A stretch of 64,000 bases of DNA from Isurus oxyrinchus. Its lineage: Eukaryota. The stretch is from contig JANJGN010000038.1 in assembly GCA_026770705.1 (NCBI GenBank), positions 11,036,001 to 11,100,000 on the forward strand, given 5' to 3'. The notes under the pieces are model-generated. The model saw only the letters and a list, made by a program, of their open reading frames with translations. It was not told the DNA's origin and did no database searches. How positions within the stretch are numbered: position 1 is the first letter of the stretch; the number at the start of each line of letters is the position of its first letter. Of the stretch, positions 37,598 to 51,089 are shown one piece after another. Made by a program: the position numbers and the translations under genes.

Positions 37598-38051
37598 ATG
37601 AAAGCGGCAGTGCGCTTACTCCTTCTCGGTGCCGTGTTTGGAGCACTTATCACGGGTAAGTATTCTTGGAAGTATTTTTGAACCAAACGTAACAGCACTT
37701 TAAAAATGGGTTAGCTTTTGATTTTATTCTCCATTTAAAGCTAGCCTGACTCAGGAAATCTCGGTGACACAACGCCTCCTGACAGTGGTTTGGACAAAAG
37801 GAGGCATTACAACTTCAGAATGCTTCTATTTCAGTACCAAGGGTTCCTTCAGCTTATTCTGGGTCCTGCAATACCCGGGCAAATAATTACAAATTCTACT
37901 TCGCAAGGTTTCGGCTGGTTACCAAATGAGAGCACATTCTGCTCGAAGCCTTTTCTCGTCTGTACTGGTCACTACGAATACCATCATTATCTTAAAATTC
38001 TCCAAACTGCGGCTCTCTGACGCAGCCTATGTATTACTGCGTATTGACACT
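37598..38051 (+). pseudogene. TCR alpha/delta-like V pseudogene (leader 37598-37655, intron 37656-37740, V exon 37741-38051)
   Basis: Leader MKAAVRLLLLGAVFGALIT ends in G|gtaagt. The V exon reads ASLTQEISVTQ...ECFYFSTKGSFSLFWVLQYPGK*LQILLRK...LKFSKLRLSDAA, then a +1 frameshift to MYYCVLT. The stop TAA is at 37884-37886. Confidence 0.92.
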
Positions 38052-38090
38052 CACAGCGATTGGAACCAGCCCGACAATCGTACAATAACT
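38052..38090 (+). promoter_or_regulatory. Recombination signal sequence, 23-bp spacer
   Basis: Heptamer CACAGCG (38052-38058), 23-nt spacer, nonamer ACAATAACT (38082-38090). Confidence 0.88.
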
Positions 38091-40189
38091 TGATGGGCCC
38101 TTGTGACTTGGAGGTAAGCTCTCATTGCGACTGTGGAGCCTGGTAGTGAGAAGAACAGCACTCGCTATACGGGGTGCTGTCAGGGTCACAGGACAAATAT
38201 AATATAGCGGTTCAGATAAATATTTACAAACGGTACCCAAAGCCTCAAATGTACCAATATGGCTTATAGAGTAGAATGAGTTAGATTCAATTTCCCAGTT
38301 ATGGATCCAAACATGAAAGTCATATTTCTCTGGTGCATCTCTAGTGAAATGGTAAAGAAAGACTTCAGCAAGGACTGGACTTACATTATTTAAATTTTTA
38401 AAAAAAAACTTTGTCGATGACGTGAGTTTCAGTGAGTAGCGCATAGTTTCATAGAAAGCATTTCCAAGCGGTTAAGGTAGATCAGTTCAATCAAGGGCAG
38501 ATTTCCTTGCTTGGGAGGTCACTTTGCTTACTATAGATATGTCAGGAATGAGCTAGTCTTCATCTCTCTTGGTTATGTGGTAACCTTCAGCTCCATACGG
38601 TATACCCTCAGAAAATGCCTCCATCGAGGCAGGTGGCTTAAGAAATGCGGGGAGTCCCTGTTGGGCGCTGTAATTGTCTTCCGTTGAATGATTAGATTGG
38701 CAGTTCAGCCAAGGGCAAAGTTTTTTGAGTGATCCTTGCTAAAGCTGATTTTTTTCGCAGCTAAACCGGGAGAAGTAATGTGCTGGAACACGTAACATGT
38801 AATAAGAGAGAAAGTAACGTTCAAAGAGTTGATATTAGGGCAGGTACGCATCAGCTGGTCCTCTTCAACCAGGGAGCTGTAATAGGAATTCCCCAGAAAC
38901 TTGTGTTTCCCGAAATTCTCTATTAAAAGTAAAGGATGAATAAAATCCTTCTGCAATTTCAAACTTACAAAGCGTCAAAACTACACCTGAGCTCAGAAAA
39001 GAAAACGTCATTGCCAAACCGATGACTAATTTCACAGCAATTCTAAAATTCATACCGTTAACATTGTTAATGATGCGTTTTTGCTCATCAAAACATCAGA
39101 AACAACTGGAGACGGATTTCAACCAGGTGGAAAATAAAATTTTCATCACAAACAATGGCAATAATATTGAAACCCATAAGTTTAAAATGCATTATGTTAA
39201 AACGTCATGACATATGTTTTCATACGCAGTTTGTTTATGCTATATCTGCCTTCATAGATATTACATTTTAAACCTGCATGAAATGTTTGAAAATCTATAT
39301 GAGAAATTGTTATCAATAGTATTTTTCTATGCGTGGGTAATAACCACGAATGTGAACATATGGGCTTGAACTTACTAAATTGTCAGATAACTTATAATTT
39401 GAACATAGAGGGAGACCATTCACTAAAATTACAACACATCGATAAAAGGAAATGTTTGCCATATTTGTCACATGTCTCACAAAGGCATCAGGATGAAACA
39501 CATACCACATATCACCATCCCTGTTCTATTCTAGACGACGAAAACGAGCAGAGAATGTTAGAATTAATATTTTTCTATCCTATTCATATGGATAAAATAG
39601 ATCAGATACAGACGCAAGATGACGTTATTTTGAAACTCCAAGCTCCTTTGTCATTCGCTAGAATCATGACTAAAATTATTGACAAATTCATGGCAACATT
39701 TATTTGATTCTCTTTGATTTATCGATTTCTCTCCTGACTACACCTACAGTCCAATTGCGGTCGAGATTTCCAATGATTCACAATTCTCTGAGTGTGAACA
39801 TTTATTGCCACCTCAGCTCTAAATGGCCGATCTCTTACTTAGCACGTAATATATTAATTACACCAAAAACCCTAAATCTAGACTATCACCCAGTATTTGA
39901 CAAGGGATTAGAGGAAAATCACTCCTCTTGAACGTATTCCTCTATTAGGAAATCTATGGTCCTGAGAAACCATCTCTGTTCATCCTGCGACCTACAAATT
40001 TTGGTTTCATTTAATCCCAGGAGCTCTTGTCCCCTGATAAAATCGCGCATTTAATCCATATTACCTTTCCTCACTATACCTACCAAAATGGATAATTTAA
40101 TACTTCTCCGAGATAAGTGTGACCTGTTACGTGTCTGTCTATATCGCCAGAATGTGTCAATTATTTTCCACATCATTAGTGGATTGCAT

Positions 40190-40590
40190 AGCTTCATTGT
40201 TTTATCGCTGCCTTTTAGCCTATTTCGATCCCTTCCCTTTATCCCACTCCACCCCCACTAGGTCTATCTGTACCTTGTTTGTCATGCTTTCTACCCTTAA
40301 TTAGAACATTCCTTAGATAATATCACCACCTTCAACACCTCTTTGTCCTTTTGTCTGTGACATCATTTGGTTATCTCCAACTATCACTGGCCCTCTATCC
40401 AGCTCTACCTGTTCCCCATCCCCCCGACACCCCACTTAATCCAGCTTATATTTCACCTCTCTTCTATTTTTACTTAGTTCTGTTGAAGAGTCATATGGAC
40501 TCGAAACGTTAACTATGTTCCTCTCCGCAGATGCTGCCACACTTGCTGAGTTTTTCCAGGTATTTTTTATTTGTGTTACCTAAATCTGTA
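40190..40590 (+). mobile_element. Penelope-like element 3' terminal region
   Basis: Close reverse-complement match to 53545-53945, e.g. ctatcactggccctctatccagct versus agctggatagagggccagtgatag. Confidence 0.8.
40475..40515 (+). ncRNA. Minimal (dimer-type) hammerhead-ribozyme-like motif in the Penelope terminus
   Basis: TAGTT-CTGTTGA-A-GAGTC-ATATG-GACTC-GAAA-CG-TT-AACTA gives stem I TAGTT/AACTA and stem II GAGTC/GACTC. Palindromic AACGTT replaces stem III. The core has U at the conserved A6 position. Confidence 0.55.
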
Positions 40591-40759
40591 TTCCTCCTTC
40601 CCCTTGCAGTAAGCAACAGCAATCCATTTGCCATCCACATCAATTGTTGCTTCTGGATTCCAGCTTTCCTTTTGTTATTCATGTAGCAGAACACAAAGCT
40701 CCCTCTGTACAGAAGAATTCTGCAATATCTTTCAATTTAAATATAATAGTGCTTTTTGT

Positions 40760-41540
40760 TCTCCACTATCCTGCCAACGTGGACACCGCAACAGTTTCAT
40801 GTGCCCTAAATTCCCACTTAATTAACAGTCCCTATGTATCCTCACTGACCATTCGTTCATCAGTTCCCATGTTTCTGAAATTTAATTTCATGATTGCTCC
40901 AAATGTATCCTTCCTGACCAATGCATTAAGAGCCCCATAGGCCTGGGCTGCCGATTCTTTATTAGTCGTCATATATTCTTGCTGACCACGCCATTGTTAG
41001 TCCTGGATTTCTGAGTGAACCCGTTATTATCAGTCTCCATATCTCGGATTTTACCTTGGGATTCTTCGTCTCCATGTAACCTTACTGCCAATTCAATCAT
41101 CATACAAGTATCCTGACGGACCATAGACTTTTCAGTCATCATATACCCTTATTGAAAGTTCAATAGTCTATATTCTTGCATTCACAGAAAACATTTTATT
41201 TATGCTCCCCATCTATTCTACTGAGCATTTAATTCTCAGTCCCAAAGTATCCTTCAAGACCATTGTATTAACGTTTCCCATCCATCATTCCAGGCCATTC
41301 GATTGCTTTGCCCCATGTATCCATCCTGATCATTCAATTTTTAACACGCGTATTTGATCACTGACTTGCTTTATCAATCACCATGCTTAATTACAGGTCA
41401 CTTCGTTGACAGTTCCCATGTTCCCTTACAGACCAATGCATTTTCAAACCTCACGTTTTATTAGCCCCTTTGTGTCCTTAATAATTTACATATTTGCAGT
41501 CCCCTTTTATCCATACTAGCCATATATTATCAATTCCCGT
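40760..41540. repeat. Degenerate ~35-bp tandem repeat
   Basis: cagtcccca-tgtatcctt-actgacca-tt-like units recur about every 33-36 nt (e.g. near 40826, 40896, 40965, 41068, 41198, 41310). Confidence 0.65.
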
Positions 41541-42439
41541 TTGTCCTTGATCTGCCTCTTTCAACTCTGTGAAGTTGTTAGATAATCATTTAATTTGGAA
41601 GCCTGATATTGTATGGTAACATGATATCACATGGACACTGATTACCATGTATATGAATCTGTTCCATTCAGACCAGTTGCTGTGAGACTGCATTGTTCAC
41701 CTAATTTGTCTTCCAAAGTTGCTTTTTTAAAGTTATTTTATTCATTTTGGATAAATTGACTCTGTTTACATGGCACGTTATTTTTGATGTACTATAAAAT
41801 AGAAAATCATGGGATAAAAGCATGAATTCACGTTGTTTGGTCCTTGACTGTAATTAATGTAAACCAGTGTGTAGTTGTATTGCCTCAGTAGGGAGTTCCT
41901 ATGTATTATAAATAGATATTATTTTTGCTGTGAGTACCGGTGTTTAGTTGACTGTTGTTCACGTTACAAACCATAATCTTTGGATACCACAAACAGTCAA
42001 ATAATTTTCTGGAACCTTCCAATTCGAGTCCAGAAACTTTGGACAATTTATGATTTAGAAGAAATTTACTACCCACTCATTGCTACACTAGGTTTGCCAA
42101 CTGAGTTATCATTTCGGAAGTTACTTATGGACACTGCACTTCACTACACATAAGCTAATTTACATCAGATTATTATTTGTTTACTGCATAATCCACGTGC
42201 TCTGTTTAAGATGCTTGAGACATGTAATATTTGATCTTTCGCTGATTCTGTCTTGTATTTCAATAAACATTTTCAGTTTCTCATGACCTGCTTCAACTAG
42301 CAGTCTCTGAAGTCTTGAACAAAATCCATTCATAATTCAGGTCCCTTCAGTTTGCTTTCTTTCCACCGTCTCCTGCTCCTTCATGTCATGACTGATTCTG
42401 GATTGACAGTGTAGATGAAAACCTGTAACACATGTTCTC

Positions 42440-42940
42440 GTAAAATGTTTATTCGACTGATAGCTGGGACGGGGTGAGAGGCTTATTTTATGAGGACAGT
42501 TTGGTCAGGCCTGGGACTGTAACCATTGGAGTTTAGAAGATAGAGAGATGAGCTTAGTGAAACATATATGACCCTGAAGGGACTTGACAGGGTGGATGCT
42601 GAAATTGTGATTCCCTCTGTGGGAGGGTCCAGAACTAGGAGAGAGAGTTTAAGAGGGAGATGAGAAGATTTGTTTCCCCTTTTTTTCTCTCGGGGGGCGC
42701 TGAATGTTTGAAACTCTTTTCTGTGGAGAGCGGTTGAAGCAGGATCATTCAATGTTTTTAAGGTAGAGAGAGATGCATTCTTGACTAACCAGCGAGTCAA
42801 AGGTTCTCAGGTGGCGGAGAGAAGTACACAGAATGCGGAGTTGAGGCCAAACTCACATCAGCTGTGACATTATTTAAAGATAGACCAAACCAGAGATGCT
42901 GAAGGGGCTACTTGTGCCCCTAATTCATATGTACGTATTT
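42440..42940 (+). mobile_element. CR1-type LINE 3' end
   Basis: Blocks ttggagtttagaaga, gggacttgacagggtggatgct and aaggtagagagagatgcattcttgactaac, followed by the tail. Confidence 0.75.
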
Positions 42941-45900
42941 CCCAAATGAAATTATTTATTTGCACTGTTCAACCACAGTTCAGGAGATATTGATGAGGTG
43001 AACACAGGCTAATCAGCATCTCGAAACTGTTCAAGCTGGTTTAAAAAGGAATACGTTTCTTTAAGTCGTGTTTATCCCATTAACCAACCAGCCATTTGAC
43101 AGTTTTGAATCATTTGTCAGAAACAGTTGCGGAGCAGCAATCTAAAATGGCTGCCTCTGCATTTCGGCACTGTAATATTGCCCCGAATAATAAGAAAACA
43201 CTGCCTTTCTTTCAATATTTCCTGAATAACTTGAATCCTGGGACATGAAGCATTGAGCCCTCCTACTCTTTGAGCTCGATTTTAACTATTGACACCAGGT
43301 AATGTTCTCACTTGGCTATATGTGTCCCCAACCTGCTTAATGACCCATTGTACATGTGCAAATATGAACGACAAAGTAAAGTTAGAAATGGTGGTGTTTT
43401 CTAAAATCCCCAAAACGCTATGCTGTTTCTAATTCTAGCGGGTAAAAAAAAACATGGCCGATCTGGAAACATGCATATTGAAAGCACCAGGGCTAATGTT
43501 TCGAGTCCAATGGTTCTACTTTGGAACTTCATTTCCTATGGTGCAAAAAAGGAGTCATTCAACTCCCAACGTTTATTCAGATTTCTTTCTCCACATTTCT
43601 TCTCAGACCTGCTCAGTTTTTATTTCCTGCAATTTCTGTTTATATTTCAGATTTTCAGCACCCCGGTATGTTGCTTCCATCTAACTGTCTTCCCCTTCCT
43701 GCATACACCTTGATTTATATTTTCTACTTAATCTAACACGTTGCTCCCCAACCTGTGTCGCATTAGGTTACTCCATAATAGTTATCCTTCCTGCAAAGAC
43801 AGCGTTCGGCCTTCTGAGTTGTAACCCATAAACCTTGAGCCTTATCCTCCTGCTCTTCAGCTGATCCGAATGTCTCAGGAACCTCAAGCCCTCCCTGCTG
43901 CATCATGCTGCAACCGTGTATTGATCTGCCTTCTACGCCCATTTCTACTCTCGTTATTGTGTTGCATTAGGAGTACTTGAGGAATTATTCATTTTGAATT
44001 GTAACCGCCTCAGTTCCTTATACTCCGACTGAATGGTCTCTGTCATATTTCTCTTTATGTAATTGGTTCTGATATGAACAGCATATTCTTCCCCGACACA
44101 CAGAGCGTTCTGCACCTTCTCCATAAGGCCCCTTAAACAGGCATCAGGAAGGAAATATACCACAGATGTCACACGTAGATAGTAGTGAATTGCACTCCTG
44201 CATCCTGCATTCTGAGTCCCCAAATACTACTATGGCCTCACAATTTGCAGTATGGAAGGATTCCCCTGGTTCCTGTACCGTCCTTGATTCGCGTTGTCAG
44301 TTTCAGAAAACTATTTTTTTTCTACATCTTGTCATCCGGATAGAATACATGCACAAAGCATCCTCTGATATATTCATTCCTTTCACCACAGCCACACCAC
44401 GTATCCACAGCTCCATTTCCCCATTGCTTCCCCAGGCTGTCAAATACTCACTCTAGCTTATTCACTCTTTATTCTTGGAGCTTCCTGTGGGCTGACTGCT
44501 CTACGTTTATTTATTCAATTCATTCATTCATGTTCCTGCTGCTAACCCCTTCACATCTTGCATATTCTAGCCCTTCCTGAAAGACATATTAACGAAAAAA
44601 TATGTCTCTGATATTCCATCCAGGAAGCCAACTATCTTAAAATTTGAAACATTTCCCGTTCGTTGGGATTTACAACCCTCTCCAAATATCTGCATCAGCA
44701 GTCAACACGTGCAAATTTAATAGGGTCACAAGTTAATGAGGAATTAACTTGGCTGTAAATTCTGAGCTGTTTATATAAGTGAAGAAATTACTGAGGTGCT
44801 TTCCATAATCGTTCAGTCCTCCTCAGATAAGGGGAAGGTGGGAGATTTGGAGAATTGTGAAATTCACGCTCTTGTTCAAAGGGACGCTCTGTGCACAATT
44901 TAAGGAAACACAAGACAATTTGATACTCAGTGTTGGTGGGAAATACATAGCAAACGTTGAACTGGAAAAATTAGGAAAGAAAAGATTAAATGACTTAAAC
45001 CTGGCGGAATCTTTGAATTCAAATCGTCTTTAATGTCACAATTGAAATAGGGACCAGAAACTTTCAACAGCGGATGATAGCGGTGAACTGGTAATGCCAC
45101 TTGACTAGTAACCTAGAAACCAACGCTAATGCACTGGGGACACGTGTCCATTTCCCACCATTGTAGCTCGTGAAATAAATTCATACATCTGAGCTCTAAA
45201 ACCAATCCCAGTGATTGTGATATGGAAATTACATTTGTTGTCGTTAGAATATAAATCTGATACACTTATGCCCTTTAGGGAATGGAATTTACCATTCTAA
45301 CCTGATCTGGTGCAGCCTATATGTGACTTCAGACCCACAGCAATCTGGAAGGCTTTCAACTTTCCTCTGAAATATTCAGTTCAAGAGCAATTCTAGACGA
45401 GTAGCAAATTCTGCATGTGCCACATTTGCCTACAGACCATGAAAGAGCAAAGAAATATGGAACCATGGCTACTTATTAAAACATCTGTAACAATATTGTC
45501 TGTTACCCCTACGTGTCCACTGTTTAACATAGGAAATAGAAGGCTATACAAGTGTCAACTAAGCAAACGTTGAATTCTATCTGTCTTACGCCCTAACATC
45601 AAAAATTAAAATGAGTTAAAAATGAATTATCAGGTAAATTGATGTCGAAATCAAACTATAATTTCAACATTAAAAGATCAATCTGGAGTGCACTGCCTCA
45701 AGATGTGGTAGAGCAAGATTCAATTATGAGATTGACAAGTGAATTATTAAGCTCCTGACGGGGGGAATGGGGTGGTGGGGGGTGGGGGGGGGGGCGGTGG
45801 GGGAAGGGGTCTGGTGAAAGGGCAGGGCAGTGTTTTGAACTGAGATGTCCTTATAGATTGGAATAGTATATAATTTAGTTGCCTTATGAATTGCCTCAGC

Positions 45901-48900
45901 AGTTCACTCAGATTGTAGTGATCACTTTCAGCCAGAAGGTCCATCAAGCTCTGTGTTCCACACGAGGAATTTAAGCCCCGTCATTCTAGGAGCAATTTTG
46001 ATGCGCACCCGACAGCAGAGCACAACCAAACTGTGTTTCTGGGTACAGTCTTCATCATAAAACAGACACATATGCAGAATCTTTTCAACTCAGTCTGGAT
46101 GGTGCAGATAGACCAAGGCTGCCTCAAAATAACAGAAAAAACTTGAACAGCTAAATATTTGTTTATTCTCAGCTTTTGGATCCAGGCTCCGTCTTCCTCA
46201 GCCCTCTCAAGGCTACTGCACCAGTGGACGCATTCAGCTGCTATTGCTCAGCTCGGACTAATCAGTGCGCTTATATATCTATAAAACAGGTCCAGTGTGA
46301 CAGAAGGCTTGATTTATGAACCTCAGCTTGTTTTTCTCTTTCCTAAGGAGCTGAGAAGATCAGTTTCCCTTCTATGCTCGCCTGTTCTGCTTGAACATCT
46401 GTTCGTTTTCAGTTTAGTTTCTGTTTTAGTTAGGGTTTGCCTCAAAAAATAAGTACAACTGAAATAAAAACCACACACACACACTACAGTAAATTGATTG
46501 TTTTTTTTTTTATGAAGTAAAAGAAAAAGACTAACGAGGGTAATGCATTGGATCGTGTACATGGGCACCAAAAAGACATTTCATGCATGGTCACATAGTA
46601 ACCTTTCCAACAGAACTGAAGCCCTTGGTATAAAGTAAACAATAGATGCATCAGTTGGAGTCTGGTCAAGTGACCGGAAACAGTGAGTAGCGATGAACCG
46701 TTGTTTTTTTTTCAGTTGGGGAAACAGTATGTACTGTCGGTTCCCAAACATTGGTGTTCTGTCTTCTTTCGAAAAATCTATATTGACGACCTGGTCTTGG
46801 AGTAAATGATGCAATGTCAAAATTCGTCAATGACGCATAACTTGGCGGTATTTTCAAATAGGAGGAGGATAATGATTCACATGAAAAATGACTTGGTAGA
46901 CATGGAATGGGCGGATCCCTAGCAGGCCAATGGTGTACGATTTTTAATTCTAAAGGGAGTTTAGGATCGGTAGGAGCTGGGGATATATGAAGATGCTAGG
47001 GTGGGTAGAACAAGTCGTCTAGATAAAATACTTTACTTATACTCTGCTTTGAGAATAGAGGGACAGACTGAAACAACACTGAAGCTGGAGAGCGACTGAG
47101 TGCGGAACTGAATTCAACCAAAGTCATCAACTTCAGGGGAGCAGCGAGAGAGGGCAGAACGTTTGTCTAGAAATTAATGCAGCCAACTTCAAACATTTCA
47201 GGGGAAGAAGAAGTGGGAGAATATCAATGTAGAAGAAAACACAGCAAGGATAAGCAACTTCAGGAAAAAGAGAGAAGGATAGATTGGCATTGGGAATATA
47301 AACAGCAAGAATCAAAAATGGCAGGAGAGTAACGGGAGATGCAACTGTGCATGACAAATTTAAAACAGCCAGAGCAGCATAGTCAGGATTGAAGAGAGCA
47401 AGGACGCATTGAGATGTAAACTGCACTAGGCCGAGGTCAGCCGCTTCGGGGCAGCAAAGAGAGAATGGACAGAGAGGGAGAGAGAGTGATGGATAAATAA
47501 GTTTAGAACAGGTACCAGCAGGAGTCAACGCCTTGAAGGCAGGCCATAAAGAGATGTACCAGTGCGTGTAGAATTGAAATCTGTCGAGGCCAGCATCCCA
47601 TGCTCTTCTATTCCTGTGCCTCCTTTAGAGTTTATTTCTTTATTTTACATTGTCCCCCTTATTATTCCTGCCAACATCAATCAAATTGCACTTCTCAGCA
47701 TGGAATTTCATCTGCAGTCTATATTTAGATAATTGACGTGCAACATTATAATTACTGTATGATTCTTGCACCTCTCTGTAATTTCTTTGCAAAATTGTTT
47801 CTCTGCATCCATTCAACTGGTTAGTTGTCTAAATACTACACTGCTTAATGTTTTTGCACCTTTTTCACATCTTACATTCAGCCAGTGAGATTGTATTCAT
47901 TGACCCCTCTGGAAGATCTCTCTCTGCAGGACTGTAACATCTTTATTCGCCACTGACACACCCTCCAACCTTCCTTTTCTTCATTTCCAGTTTCTCCAAA
48001 GCAGCTTGTATCCAGGAATATTTATCGCCCAGCCCTGATCTCTTTGAGCCAAGCTTCTGTTATAGCCAAAATACCATAATTACATTTGTCAACCTGTGCC
48101 TGTAGTTCACCAATCTTATTAACCACACCCCGTGCATTCACATAAATGCATATTAATCCTGATTTAGGCACTTAACATCTTTCCTCCTACACTGACCTCA
48201 TCTAACGATTTACCATTACTATCTCTGACACTATCACACTCTTCAAGTGTTCCATTTCCCGTGACAATACTGCCTGATATATCCTCCTTATCGATTCATG
48301 TTTACCTCTTCCTTCTGCTAGTTTTTCTCCACTCCACGTCGAGATTAAACCTATAGTTCCCGGTCCTGGTAATCTTGTTAAACCCTCCCCAACAACGCTT
48401 TTTAAGATAAAAGAAAAGCACTGCGGATTCTGGAAATCTGAAACAAAAACAACATTGCTGGAAAATTCAGTAGGTCTGACAGCATCTGTGGAGAGAAAGA
48501 CAGAGTTATCGTTTGGAGTCTGCATGACTCTTCTTCAGAACACTTCTCAAAACCTCTGATCTCACTGAGCAGGCTTCAAAATAATTCTCAACCTACAGCC
48601 TGCTGAGGAACATGTTCTCTCGTTTTGACAGGTGTGTTAACTTTCACTTATGCAGCTAAGACAATCTACAACATTTCAAAGGAACCATTTTAAATATAAC
48701 AGTCGACAAGAAAAAGTTAATTCACCCTAAATCCCAGGGTAAATGGCCACTTTGGAAAACGTTGTACTGTGGAAACCTGGAACACATATTTTGCAAAAAC
48801 TAACCACTTCCCACCTTGTATGATACCATGTATCTGTAACAAGTTTCGCTGATAAGTGCCTGTCACATTTTGAGACATATTGTTTACAAACACACAAATG

Positions 48901-51089
48901 ACAAACGGCAACTATAAGAAAGAAAACCTCACCTCTGTTCCCTTCAGGGATGGTTGTAATCATTTCAGGAAAAAAAAAATGGTTACAGAAAATCATTAGA
49001 GAATTTTAAAAAATTATAATTAAAAATGAAGAAGTAACAATGTTTTCAAAGAATCATAGAGTCTTAAAGACATTGTTCATATCAATTGCATTCTTCAACA
49101 ATGTTCACTGCTTTTAGCAACCGAATGCTTCAACTATCTGAGCATTGAAATGCTTAAATATATTGGCAGATTCTCTTATAATTACCCAAAATGGTCAGCT
49201 GTCTTTGATCATAGATCCTACTTCTGATTCTCTCACATATTATCAAAGGTAGAATTGATTCCTATTTCCATTGGCTGGTCTCTCGCAACTGTAGCAAAAG
49301 TCGATGGTGAAGTTAGTTTACTATATTGACAGGCCATACAATCCCTATGAAGCTTATTGTAAAAGCACAATTAGATTCTGTGCTCTCTGTTTAAAACATG
49401 ACTTGTCACGGTCCGTACAGCTACCTATCCCTCATTTCATGTATCATACAATTCTGCATTAAGTAAATCCACTTTTTTCAGTATTTCAGAAGATGTCATG
49501 TTTGGATTTTGTTGGAATATTGGGCTTCACCTGATCTCAGTTGCACCGTCTTTGCAAATCCTGCTCGTCGGCAAGTTAAGCTCAAAACTCGCAATCTTAC
49601 TTGCACTAGGCATTTATCATTATTTTTGTGACAAGTACTGGTTTTAAAGGCCCTGGGTTACGCAGGTTTATTTTAGAAAGACATTTAAGGCTATATTATG
49701 AATAGTAAATGACTCCCAGCTCACCTGGGAAGCTGGAACGGGCACACATACTTCAACGGAATTCCCATCGCAGTAAGCTTGTAGCATTCACAATCACTGA
49801 TTGTTAAACTATTTCGAAACACAGATTTCTCTATGTACCTCTCGTTTACAACACTGAAATTCTGTAACTGCACATGCTCCTGCAGAATCTATTGTCTGAC
49901 ACTCGTGCCTTTGATTCATAATTTTCCTACATAATTAAATGCTCCTTATCTCTTTGTACTGACAATTGGAATCTGCATACTCCCGATTACTCCTTTGTAT
50001 TATTTTCCTACATATCTTTTTCTACCGAAACATATTGTGTGTCATCCTCAGAAAACTGGCTGACGTGTCGCACCTGAGCCTTGTTAGAATACCATGGCCT
50101 ATGGTATAAACCCACATGTATTATTCTGCCTAACAAACTGCACTAACACCAGTTCGCAAACCAACTTTTATTTAAAGGTAAGATTCTGTTCCATACTTAG
50201 TTACTGGTTCAAACACGATTTTCTCCAATTAGTTTTAAAGTGTCGTTTTATTGTTATTGGCAAAGGTCAATTCAGGGAGGTCGTTATTCGGATTAACATT
50301 CCATTATATCCGTGAATTATAGTGGAAAAAAACTGAAGGCACATTCAAAAAGTTATTGTGCTTAGTAACTTTCTTGTCTTCTTAAACAGATTACAGAAAA
50401 GTGCCACAGATTGAAAGTTTGGGTAAAAAAAAAAAGTAGATGAATTACAAAGTTCTGCTTTCTTCTTTTCTTCTAACAAGTAAATTCATCAAAATATCGA
50501 GTTCAAATTTGTTATTGACCATTAATCATGAATCTCCCTACGTGGCCAGCTTCTGTCCATACTTGTAGTTTCCCTGCCAAACGCTCAGTTGGTCTCCCTT
50601 TGCAAGATGGCTTCTCCTGACAAATCACTGGGGACTCCGACAACTGCACGGTTAGGTTCTCTCCTTTCTTCAATTGCATTGTTTGCTTTTTGAAACTGCA
50701 GCCGATCTCTCCAATCTATTATAGAGTTTATGCCTTATTTTTGCAATGGTGCACATACTTTTACATCATTAACAAATTATTGACCAATCAATAATTTCTT
50801 AAAATGTCCAACGGCCCTTTATTCTCATTTTTATAAGTAACAAGCACGTAACCTGTCCATCCTTCTTGTTTCCTTAGTGATTGCCATAACACCCATTTGA
50901 TTGTGTAACCATCAAGATACAAAACTCCAATCCAAACTGCAGAGTTTCCAAAAAGAACGTATTTTGTTTCTCCCAGGCTCAAACGGCAGTACTAGAGCTG
51001 CCTTTCCCACTGGTAGTGTCTGTCTGATAGTGGTTGTCCTGTAATGTCTCACAGTTCAGCAAGTTTAAATTTACAAAACTGAGAAACAA

